Positions 9,622 through 17,493 of a DNA stretch of 52,394 bases are shown one piece after another. Below the pieces are notes generated by a model. That model saw only the letters and a list, made by a program, of their open reading frames with translations. It made no database searches and was not told where the DNA came from. How positions within the stretch are numbered: position 1 is the stretch's first letter; each line of letters starts with the position of its first letter. A program made the translations under genes and the position numbers. Location of the stretch: contig CAYHYG010000003.1 in the NCBI GenBank assembly GCA_964360835.1, forward strand, positions 1 to 52,394. The letters are read 5' to 3'. The stretch comes from an uncultured Gammaproteobacteria bacterium. GTDB lineage: Bacteria; Patescibacteriota; Patescibacteriia; UBA1558; 2-01-FULL-52-15.

Positions 9622-10091
9622 ATCATAAAATAAATAACGATATATAGTAGACCGATGAAGCCAACCGTCGCCGAATAATTGAACAGTCCCCCCTTGCGTT
9701 CATGCACAAATAAATTTTCTGAGTACGCTTCTTTCATATCAGCAATAGTCTGATTCTTTAAATCTACAGTACTTGAGTTTACAGATTTATCGGAGCACAG
9801 CTGATTGATAGCAGGCGGGTCGGAAAAATTTCTAGTGATAATAGAATAGATTGTTAGTGAAAGGGAGATAACAAGAAGTATTACCCCTATTGCAAATGAA
9901 TTAGCGGCTAATGGCCATGCATACAACTCTATTTCGTCTCTAAACCATCCAACTAATGCTGATAGTATTGCTGCCTGAAACCCTAACCATACAGCTATCT
10001 TATTATCCAAAGCATCAGTAGAATCATAAAGACGATCCAGCTTCTTGCTGATCACATCATATATAAAATCTAGGTTCTTTTCGTCATTCAT
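9618..10091 (-). CDS. Small three-TM membrane protein, unknown function, translationally coupled (ATGA) to the peptidase-GNAT gene
   Basis: 157 aa. Cytosolic N-terminal helix, then hydrophobic segments IAVWLGFQAAILSALVGWF, FAIGVILLVISLSLTIYSII and VGFIGLLYIVIYFMI. Confidence 0.5.
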   Translation of the reverse strand: MNDEKNLDFIYDVISKKLDRLYDSTDALDNKIAVWLGFQAAILSALVGWFRDEIELYAWPLAANSFAIGVILLVISLSLTIYSIITRNFSDPPAINQLCSDKSVNSSTVDLKNQTIADMKEAYSENLFVHERKGGLFNYSATVGFIGLLYIVIYFMI

Positions 10092-10128
10092 TTTATAAAA
10101 AAACGCCTACCCGGCGACTCAATGATTA

Positions 10129-10166
10129 TTGACCCCGCAAGGGTCTCCGATACTTTTTAAATGTGG
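10129..10166. repeat. Copy A of the ~38-nt direct repeat
   Basis: TTGACCCCGCAAGGGTCTCCGATACTTTTTAAATGTGG. It lies between tRNA-Asp and the start of the 9618..10091 gene. Confidence 0.75.
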
Positions 10167-10267
10167 TCCTGTCCACCTTCGCTAAAGCTTCGGTGGACTA
10201 TCCTTCCTGATCTTCGATCAATACGGTTGGCCGAAGGCCATCCGTAGCTCGCTCCGCGAGCGAAGGA

Positions 10268-10344
10268 TGGCGGACCGGACGAGACTCGAACTCGCGACCT
10301 CTCCCGTGACAGGGGAGCGTTCTAACCAACTGAACTACCGGTCC
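10268..10344 (-). tRNA. tRNA-Asp: tRNA-Asp (anticodon GUC), CCA encoded
   Basis: The reverse complement is GGACCGGTAGTTCAGTTGGTTAGAACGCTCCCCTGTCACGGGAGAGGTCGCGAGTTCGAGTCTCGTCCGGTCCGCCA. It folds as a cloverleaf with anticodon stem CTCCC/GGGAG and loop CTGTCAC. Confidence 0.95.
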
Positions 10345-10419
10345 AAAAGCTTTATTTAAACGAGCCACGCCAACCAGGCGGGACGGTCCAAATTTGCAGA
10401 CTGCACTATATAATAAATG

Positions 10420-11199
10420 TTACCTCTTGGCAAGGTACTGATCCCGTAAAAATATAACTATTCCTAAAATACCTAGCACCACACTCTCCCACTGCGCAAA
10501 TCTCAATCCAATGAATATATGCTGTTGGTCTATACGCCAAAATTCCACCAAGAAACGAATCAAACCATAACCAATCAGATAAGCCGCGACTAATTTAATC
10601 GGCGACAGTCTGTCGTATAATTTCCAAAGTAATAAGGCTAAAGCAATCAAAGCTAGCGATTCATACAGAAACACTGGGTGAAAGGTTGGGAAAGATTCGT
10701 AACCAGTAACCCGTAACCATGGTTCAATATAAATTCCCCACCAGCCGGTCGTCTGTAAACCATACAGCTCCTGATTAAAATAATTTCCCCAACGGCCAAT
10801 AGCTTGCGCCAAGGCGACCCCGGGGACAATCGCGGCGGCCAATGAAATAAATGATAACCCCCTACGCCGAGCAAACAAGTATAAACCAATGGCGCCGCCG
10901 ATCAGTCCACCGTGAATAGCCAATCCTCCCTGCCAGACCTGAAGTATCTGCTCTGGAGCAGAAACATAATATGACCACTCCAAAGCAACATGCAATAATC
11001 GCGCGCCAATGAAGCCCGAAATCACCACCCAAAGCAAACAATCCTGCCAAATGACAGGATTGAATGTTTTTTTCGAGAGATAACGTGTCAACGTATAAGC
11101 TGCTCCTACGGCGATGGCTACCAACAAACCGTACCAGCGAATCTGCCAGCTACTCAAACTAAGTAGTACAGGGTCCGGAGCCCAAGTCTGCCACCACAT
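10420..11199 (-). CDS. lgt: Prolipoprotein diacylglyceryl transferase
   Basis: 259 aa polytopic membrane protein with IRWYGLLVA, HGGLIGG and GRWGNYFNQELYG motifs. Confidence 0.85.
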   Translation of the reverse strand: MWWQTWAPDPVLLSLSSWQIRWYGLLVAIAVGAAYTLTRYLSKKTFNPVIWQDCLLWVVISGFIGARLLHVALEWSYYVSAPEQILQVWQGGLAIHGGLIGGAIGLYLFARRRGLSFISLAAAIVPGVALAQAIGRWGNYFNQELYGLQTTGWWGIYIEPWLRVTGYESFPTFHPVFLYESLALIALALLLWKLYDRLSPIKLVAAYLIGYGLIRFLVEFWRIDQQHIFIGLRFAQWESVVLGILGIVIFLRDQYLAKR

Positions 11200-11201
11200 A
11201 C

Positions 11202-11792
11202 TTAGTTCGAGGAAGTAGAAGTAGCAAACAGTTGATCCAATCGCGTACCCAGATCAGCCCAGTTTTCTAACTTCACACCGTTCAAGAAAAAAGTTGGAGT
11301 GCTATTGAGACCTAGCTTATCGGCCTCACGCATATCGTTACGAACCGTATCAGCTTTGGCTCGAGAATCGAGACAAGCAGTGAATAATGCGGTATCGAGC
11401 TTCAGTTGGCCTGCGTAATCAATCAAGTCAGCTTTCTTTAACTTGGCCTGATTCTCATACATGATGTCATGGTAGGGCCAGAAGGCATCCTGATCAGCGG
11501 CGCATTCTGATGCTTGTGCTGCCACGAAAGCATAAGGGTGAATTGAAGTCAGGGGGAAATGACGATATTCAACTTTGACTTTGTCGCCATACTTTTCCCA
11601 GACCGGCTTGAGGTTAAAATAAGCTTGGCCGCAAGCTGGACATTGAAAATCACCCCATTCTGTCACCGAGACAGAAGCCAAACTAGGCCCTTTGGTCGGA
11701 TGATAATCAACCTTAGAGGTATAATCTACTTTTTTACAACCCGCCAAAATAACAATCAACAAAACCGCTAGGATGAGAAATCTGCGGTTCAT
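11202..11792 (-). CDS. DsbA-family thioredoxin-fold lipoprotein
   Basis: Lipobox ILAGC. Active site FQCPACGQ. The rest resembles the DsbA/Thioredoxin_4 layout. Confidence 0.75.
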   Translation of the reverse strand: MNRRFLILAVLLIVILAGCKKVDYTSKVDYHPTKGPSLASVSVTEWGDFQCPACGQAYFNLKPVWEKYGDKVKVEYRHFPLTSIHPYAFVAAQASECAADQDAFWPYHDIMYENQAKLKKADLIDYAGQLKLDTALFTACLDSRAKADTVRNDMREADKLGLNSTPTFFLNGVKLENWADLGTRLDQLFATSTSSN

Positions 11793-12514
11793 TAGAGCTG
11801 ACCATCAATGATAGATTTGATCTGAGCGAATGGTAGAGCTCCGGCTACAAACTCTTCATTAATAAAGGTCCCTGGGGTACCATTGATACCAGCAGCTAAA
11901 CCGTCAGAATAATCTTCTTGGACTTTGCTGGCCATCTTACCGCTATCAAGACAGGTGTTGAAGTTACCCGTATTCAGTCCTAGATCGGCCGCGGCTGTCT
12001 TGAAGCTGTCGACGCTCATATTCTTGGCGATATTCAAATCAAACAACTTATCATGCATTTCCCAGAATTTACCCTGCTCAGCCGCGCATTCAGAAGCTTC
12101 GGCCGCTTTTTGCGCCTGCGGGTGGAATGAGAGCGGGAAATGTCGGTAGACGAGGCGAACATCATTCGGGTATTCAGCCAAAACCTGCTCCATAGTCGGT
12201 GCAAACTGAGAACAAAACGGACATTCAAAATCACTATATTCAACTAAAGTAATTTTAGCATTTTTGTTGCCACGGATATGATCATCATTGCCAACTTTCT
12301 TCATCTTGGAAGCGTCAGCTGTCGGACCAGCCGGGGCTGTCGGTGCTGGAGCAGTTGGGTTATTGACGGTCGGATTCTTGGTACCGGAACCAAATGATAA
12401 GCCGCCATTACCGCTAGCGCCGGCCACGTAGACTGCTATTAAAAGGATGACGACACCAGCGCCACTGGCCACACCTTGAAGAAATGTCTTCTTTTTCATT
12501 TCTTGTTCACTCAT
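11792..12514 (-). CDS. DsbA-family thiol:disulfide oxidoreductase, membrane anchored
   Basis: N-terminal TM segment, Pro/Ala linker, active site FECPFCSQ. Confidence 0.75.
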   Translation of the reverse strand: MSEQEMKKKTFLQGVASGAGVVILLIAVYVAGASGNGGLSFGSGTKNPTVNNPTAPAPTAPAGPTADASKMKKVGNDDHIRGNKNAKITLVEYSDFECPFCSQFAPTMEQVLAEYPNDVRLVYRHFPLSFHPQAQKAAEASECAAEQGKFWEMHDKLFDLNIAKNMSVDSFKTAAADLGLNTGNFNTCLDSGKMASKVQEDYSDGLAAGINGTPGTFINEEFVAGALPFAQIKSIIDGQL

Positions 12515-12540
12515 ATATTTCGTACTTACTAATAATAATT

Positions 12541-12984
12541 TTAATTAATAAATTGATTTTTTCGCTTCTGCCACCAGTCATCTATCGACAACCAATTGTC
12601 GCGTGTCACAGCCAGCGCCAAGGAAGCGCCTAACAAAGCCATATTTTTCCAGACCAAATGCCAGTTGATCATCAGGAAAAAAAGAACTATCAACAGGGCT
12701 GAAATGGTGGCCATCCAACGGGTTTTGATGCCCAGAATCAGCATTAACCCCAGGATAATTTCTAGCCATGATTGTACCAAAACGAACTGTTCGGGGTCAA
12801 ATGGGAACCAAGCGTAGGTAGCCACCATGGCCGCTGCCTCTGCTTTGTTACTACATACACCGATCGCATCCTCTCCGGCGAACAATTTGCTATAGCCTGA
12901 GTAGAGATAGACCAATCCCAATCCCAAGCGCAGCCACAGACCAGTCAGCAGATATGGTGCTTCTAATAATACAGTCTTTTTCAT
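12541..12984 (-). CDS. DoxX/MauE-like integral membrane protein
   Basis: 147 aa with four hydrophobic helices. The GLVYLYSGYSKL start is typical of DoxX. It is sandwiched between DsbA-like genes. Confidence 0.6.
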   Translation of the reverse strand: MKKTVLLEAPYLLTGLWLRLGLGLVYLYSGYSKLFAGEDAIGVCSNKAEAAAMVATYAWFPFDPEQFVLVQSWLEIILGLMLILGIKTRWMATISALLIVLFFLMINWHLVWKNMALLGASLALAVTRDNWLSIDDWWQKRKNQFIN

Positions 12985-12988
12985 AGAT

Positions 12989-13723
12989 TTATTTCCCTAT
13001 TAAAATTGTCAGAATTGTTTCCCAGTAGTCGAACGGTAACACGCCTTGATATAGCTGTCCATTGACAAAGAATGTCGGGGTGCCGACCACTCCTAGCTCC
13101 AACCCTGTCTGATAATCCTGCTCTATCTCCACGCGATATTTCTCTGTGGTATAACATTTATTAAAGAGAGTCATATCCAGATTGAGAGACTCAGCAATCA
13201 GACGATAAGCAGTGGGTGACAATTCATCTTGACGAGCATAGAGCTGATCGTGATACTCCCAAAATTTCCCTTGCTCCATGGCACAATTGGCCGCCAGAGC
13301 CGAGGAAAAGGCTTGATCATGAATGCTCTCCAAAGGAAAATCGCGAAATATAAGTTGAACGTCAGTCCCATACGTCTCCAACACTTGCTTGATAATAGGT
13401 ACCGCCTCGCGGCAAAAAGGACACTGAAAATCTTCAAAAGCCACGATGATGACTTTGGGATCGTCACTACCGATTCGCGGGTCGTCGCTGGTTACGAGCT
13501 TGCCGTAGAGCTCATCCTGACGCAGATCATTGACTGTTTTGCCCACATCAAAGTTTCTAATTTTCTGCACGTACTGGACGGTCAAATAAAAATAATAAGC
13601 CACAATGACTAAAAGAACCAAAAGCGCGAATAAAGCCAATCTGCCCCACGGTCTTTGATACCACGGCTTATAATAGGCCTGATGTACAGAATTTAATATT
13701 CGCTCTTCTAAATCTATTTTCAT
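12989..13723 (-). CDS. DsbA-family thiol:disulfide oxidoreductase, membrane anchored
   Basis: N-terminal TM segment LALFALLVLLVIVAYYFYL. Active site FQCPFCRE. Confidence 0.75.
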   Translation of the reverse strand: MKIDLEERILNSVHQAYYKPWYQRPWGRLALFALLVLLVIVAYYFYLTVQYVQKIRNFDVGKTVNDLRQDELYGKLVTSDDPRIGSDDPKVIIVAFEDFQCPFCREAVPIIKQVLETYGTDVQLIFRDFPLESIHDQAFSSALAANCAMEQGKFWEYHDQLYARQDELSPTAYRLIAESLNLDMTLFNKCYTTEKYRVEIEQDYQTGLELGVVGTPTFFVNGQLYQGVLPFDYWETILTILIGK

Positions 13724-13733
13724 AGTTTCTTGA

Positions 13734-15176
13734 TTATAGTACTCCTGCTAATGTTTGCCAGTGATGTGCCAGACGTAATAATCTACTCTCTGACCAATGC
13801 GGACCAAGCAGCTGCATACCTACCGGTAATCCGGCTACCTGTCCGGCTGGCAGACTTAAACCGGGTATCCCACTAATATTGGCCGAAACAGTATAGATAT
13901 CTTCCAGGTACATAGCTAATGGGTCGCTGGTCTTCTCCCCTAGTTTGAAAGCTGTGTTGGGTGTGACTGGTGTCAGTAGGACATCTACTTCTTGGAAAAC
14001 TTTTTCATAGTCCTGCGCCACCATAGTACGTACTTTCTGCGCCTGCAGATAATAAGCATCATAATAACCGGCTGATAAAGCAAAGGTTCCTAATAAAACA
14101 CGACGTCGGACTTCCGCGCCAAAACCGGCCGTGCGACTAGACGCGTATTGTTCCACCAAATTATCGGCTTCAACCCGTAGACCATAACGCCAGCCGTCAT
14201 AGCGCGACAAATTGGAACTGACCTCAGAGGGCATGACGATATAATAGGCCGCCAAAGCATAAGCCGCGTGCGGCAAGGAAACTTTCTTGAAGGTATACCC
14301 CGATTTTCCTAGACGTTGGATGGCCTGTTCAATCACCTTGCGCACGCGCTCATCCAACCCAGCAGCAAAATACTCGTCGGGCAAACCAATAGTTAATTTT
14401 TCCGGCTGGCGGTTGGCCTCCTGGAAATAATTATCAATCGGACGAGATGATGAAGTGGCGTCCAGAGAATCGCTGCCGGCTGTAGTCTGCAGGAGTAAAG
14501 CCGCGTCCAAGGCGTCTCGAGAAAAAAATCCAACAGTATCCAGAGATGAAGCCATGGCAATCAGACCAAAGCGTGAAATACGGCCATAGGTAGGTTTTAG
14601 ACCGACTACACCACAGAAAGCCGCCGGCTGTCGTACTGAACCTCCAGTGTCGCTACCCATAGCCACAGGCGCTAAATCGGCTGCCACAGCCGCCGCAGAG
14701 CCTCCAGATGAGCCTCCTGTCACGCGAGTCGGGTCTAATGGGTGCAAAACAGCACCATAAGCCGAATTTTCGTTGGAAGCACCCATGGCAAATTCATCGC
14801 AGTTGGTCTTGCCCAAGACGACCATACCCGCTTTCTCTAGAGAGCTCACGGCCGTAGCGGTGTATGGTGGGATATAGTTTTGCAGGGCGTTAGATCCGGC
14901 GGTCGAACGTAATCCTTGAGTAACAAAGACATCTTTGACTGCCAAGGGTACGCCGGTCAGAATAGTTCCCTGCCCTTGTGAACGACGGTCGTCCGCCGCT
15001 TGAGCCATTTTGACTGCCGCTTCTTCGTTGACGGTAATAAAAGCATTTGACCTATCGTGTTTAATAGCTCCGAGATAGCCGCGCGTCAATTCTACCGAAC
15101 TGAATTCTTTCTTTTCCAGACCAGCCGCAATTGCACTAATAGTCAGGTGTTTAAGATTCATGACGGTCAAAGACAT
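13734..15176 (-). CDS. gatA: Glutamyl/aspartyl-tRNA amidotransferase subunit A
   Basis: Amidase signature GGSSGGSAAAVAA and GSDTGGSVRQPAAFCG. 480 aa. An alternative start is at 15161. Confidence 0.9.
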   Translation of the reverse strand: MSLTVMNLKHLTISAIAAGLEKKEFSSVELTRGYLGAIKHDRSNAFITVNEEAAVKMAQAADDRRSQGQGTILTGVPLAVKDVFVTQGLRSTAGSNALQNYIPPYTATAVSSLEKAGMVVLGKTNCDEFAMGASNENSAYGAVLHPLDPTRVTGGSSGGSAAAVAADLAPVAMGSDTGGSVRQPAAFCGVVGLKPTYGRISRFGLIAMASSLDTVGFFSRDALDAALLLQTTAGSDSLDATSSSRPIDNYFQEANRQPEKLTIGLPDEYFAAGLDERVRKVIEQAIQRLGKSGYTFKKVSLPHAAYALAAYYIVMPSEVSSNLSRYDGWRYGLRVEADNLVEQYASSRTAGFGAEVRRRVLLGTFALSAGYYDAYYLQAQKVRTMVAQDYEKVFQEVDVLLTPVTPNTAFKLGEKTSDPLAMYLEDIYTVSANISGIPGLSLPAGQVAGLPVGMQLLGPHWSESRLLRLAHHWQTLAGVL

Positions 15177-15450
15177 TTTTTACGACTAGTAACCCCTGCT
15201 CGGTCGGTACATTGGCTAACAAATTATCAGTAGTCCAGACTCTGCTCTGATCCGGACGCAAGAGAGCCTTGTGCGCGTAGTGATCAGAAAAAGCTTTGAC
15301 ACCGCTGATATCTACTTTTTGTAATTGACGCACGTAGTCTAAAATCGACTCCAGTTCTCCTGTCAGACGCTGTCGTTCTACTGAATCAAATTGTAATCTG
15401 GCCAAAGCGGCTAGCCGGCTGATATCGTGTTCTGAAACTATAGTGCTCAT
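15151..15450 (-). CDS. gatC: Glutamyl/aspartyl-tRNA amidotransferase subunit C
   Basis: 99 aa with ...IAALARL...E...L..IL.YV.QL... It lies immediately upstream of, and overlaps, gatA. Confidence 0.8.
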   Translation of the reverse strand: MSTIVSEHDISRLAALARLQFDSVERQRLTGELESILDYVRQLQKVDISGVKAFSDHYAHKALLRPDQSRVWTTDNLLANVPTEQGLLVVKNVFDRHES

Positions 15451-15477
15451 AGTGCTGATTATACCTTAACTTAAGCC

Positions 15478-17472
15478 CTAACCCAATAATTTAGCTAATG
15501 ACGCCTCGTCTAGTATTTTCACGCCTAAATTCTGGGCTTTGATTAATTTCGAGCCAGGATCATCTCCAGCCACCAGATAATCCGTCTGACTACTGACGCT
15601 AGTAGCTACTTTGCCTCCGAGCTGACGAATCTGTGTAGCCATCTCTTCTCTGGGTTGACTTAAAGTGCCGGTGATAACAAACGTTTTGCCGTGCAATTTC
15701 TGATTGGTCACTGGTTTACTTTTCTCAACGATCAAAACCTTTTGCAAAGCTTGTAACGATTCCCGATGCGACGGTGTCTGAAACCAATTCCAGAGCGATT
15801 CCGCCACTACTGGCCCTATGTCAGGTACCGATTGAAATTGTTGCAAACTGCCCTGCTCCAATTTGGCCAGTGAGCCAAAATGATCCGCCAACTGCCTGGC
15901 GGTTTCTTCTCCTACGTGACGAATACCAAGCGCGTAAATCAAACGGGATAATGGCTGTTTCTTGGCCTGAGCAATGGCTTTGATGATATTCTCCGCTGAT
16001 TTACTGCCGAAGCGCGGCAACGATTCCAGATCGGTCTGTCTCAACGAAAAAAAATCAGCCGCTTTAGTCACCAAGCCCGCCTGCATTAATTGTTCGACAA
16101 TTTTATCTCCCAGCCCGTCGATATTCAGAGCTTTCTTGCTGACAAAGTGAATCAAACCTTGTATCTGCCGGGCAAAGCATTGTTTATTGGTACAGTAATA
16201 GGCCACTTCCTTAGCCGGACGGATCACCGACTGACGACAGATCGGGCATTTCTGGGGAAAGACAAAGGCGCGACTCTTGGCTGGACGCAATTTTGGCAAC
16301 ACCTGCACAATATCGGGGATAATATCACCAGCTTTCTGGATGATTACCGTATCACCGACACGAACATCCAGACGTTCAATCTCATCAGCGTTATGTAAGG
16401 TGGCTCGTGAGACTGTGGTGCCCGCAACTAAGACAGGCTCGAGGACAGCGATGGGTGTCAGGGCGCCGGTGCGTCCGACCTGGATAATAATATCTTTAAC
16501 AATAGTCGTGGTTTGCTCGGCCGGAAATTTATAAGCAGCCATCCAGCGTTCACTCTTACCGACGCTTCCCAAAGCACGCTCCTGGACTGTATCGTTCACC
16601 ACAATCACAGCGCCATCGGTGTTGTAATCCCAACTCTTACGTTTCTTTTCCCAACGGGTTAAAAACGTTTTAACTTCTGACAAATTTCCAGCCTTCTCAT
16701 TAAGTTTGGAGGTTTTAAAGCCCAGCCGAGCCAGTATCTCGTGAGTTTCTGCGTGAGTCTTTTGTCCGCAGTCAGTGATTAGTTCAAAAGCGAAACAATC
16801 TAGCCGACGTTCGGTGGTAACTGCAGGATCTAGCTGACGCACCGAGCCGGCCGCCAGATTACGTGGATTGGCAAATTCCGACTGACCATTTTTTTTCTGC
16901 TTCTGATTGATCAGAGCGAAACGCTTCTTACTGATAACCACTTCTCCACGTACTTCTATGACCTTTGGAATATTTTTCCAGCCGGCTATGTTTAATTGTA
17001 AGGGTATACTCTCAACCGTACGCAGATTATTAGTCACATCTTCCCCTACGACGCCATCACCACGGGTAGCGCCTCGCACCAGCATTCCATTTTCATAGGT
17101 CAGGACAACGGTCAAACCATCCAGCTTGAGTTCACAGTAATATCCCTTAATTTTTTGCTTTACTATTTTTTCAATCCGATTTTGCCATTCAGATAGTTCT
17201 GTGGGAGAAAAAAAATCCTGCAAAGAAAACACCGGTTTGCTGTGTTTAACTTTGGAAAATTGTTTCAAGACCTTACCGGCCACTCTTTGAGAAGGAGAAT
17301 CAGACATCAGAAACTGAGGAAACTCTGTTTCCAATCGCACCAATTCGTGCTTCAGACTATCTAAAGCTGCTTCGCTAATCTCTGTCTTATCCAAGACATG
17401 ATAGAGATAGCGATGTCTTTCAATTTCTCTCTTAAGTTTATCAATACGAATTTTAGCTTGCTTTCTATCCAT
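15478..17472 (-). CDS. ligA: NAD-dependent DNA ligase
   Basis: 664 aa. Adenylation site CELKLDG. Zn finger CPICRQ...C..C, then HhH and a C-terminal BRCT (GKTFVITGTL). Confidence 0.92.
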   Translation of the reverse strand: MDRKQAKIRIDKLKREIERHRYLYHVLDKTEISEAALDSLKHELVRLETEFPQFLMSDSPSQRVAGKVLKQFSKVKHSKPVFSLQDFFSPTELSEWQNRIEKIVKQKIKGYYCELKLDGLTVVLTYENGMLVRGATRGDGVVGEDVTNNLRTVESIPLQLNIAGWKNIPKVIEVRGEVVISKKRFALINQKQKKNGQSEFANPRNLAAGSVRQLDPAVTTERRLDCFAFELITDCGQKTHAETHEILARLGFKTSKLNEKAGNLSEVKTFLTRWEKKRKSWDYNTDGAVIVVNDTVQERALGSVGKSERWMAAYKFPAEQTTTIVKDIIIQVGRTGALTPIAVLEPVLVAGTTVSRATLHNADEIERLDVRVGDTVIIQKAGDIIPDIVQVLPKLRPAKSRAFVFPQKCPICRQSVIRPAKEVAYYCTNKQCFARQIQGLIHFVSKKALNIDGLGDKIVEQLMQAGLVTKAADFFSLRQTDLESLPRFGSKSAENIIKAIAQAKKQPLSRLIYALGIRHVGEETARQLADHFGSLAKLEQGSLQQFQSVPDIGPVVAESLWNWFQTPSHRESLQALQKVLIVEKSKPVTNQKLHGKTFVITGTLSQPREEMATQIRQLGGKVATSVSSQTDYLVAGDDPGSKLIKAQNLGVKILDEASLAKLLG

Positions 17473-17493
17473 AGGGAATAATAGAGTATAAAT

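Noticed and set aside
10095-10267. Identification of the structured region behind tRNA-Asp as SRP (4.5S) RNA because of a CAGGAAGGA stretch.
   Set aside because: The conserved domain IV symmetric and asymmetric loop context and the GNAR tetraloop helix are not present, and the overall architecture does not match.
5071-10344. A strong compositional (GC) boundary as proof of an island.
   Set aside because: Hand counts of individual 60-nt lines vary widely both inside and outside the stretch, so I cannot support a compositional claim without a proper sliding-window calculation. The island idea rests on gene content only.
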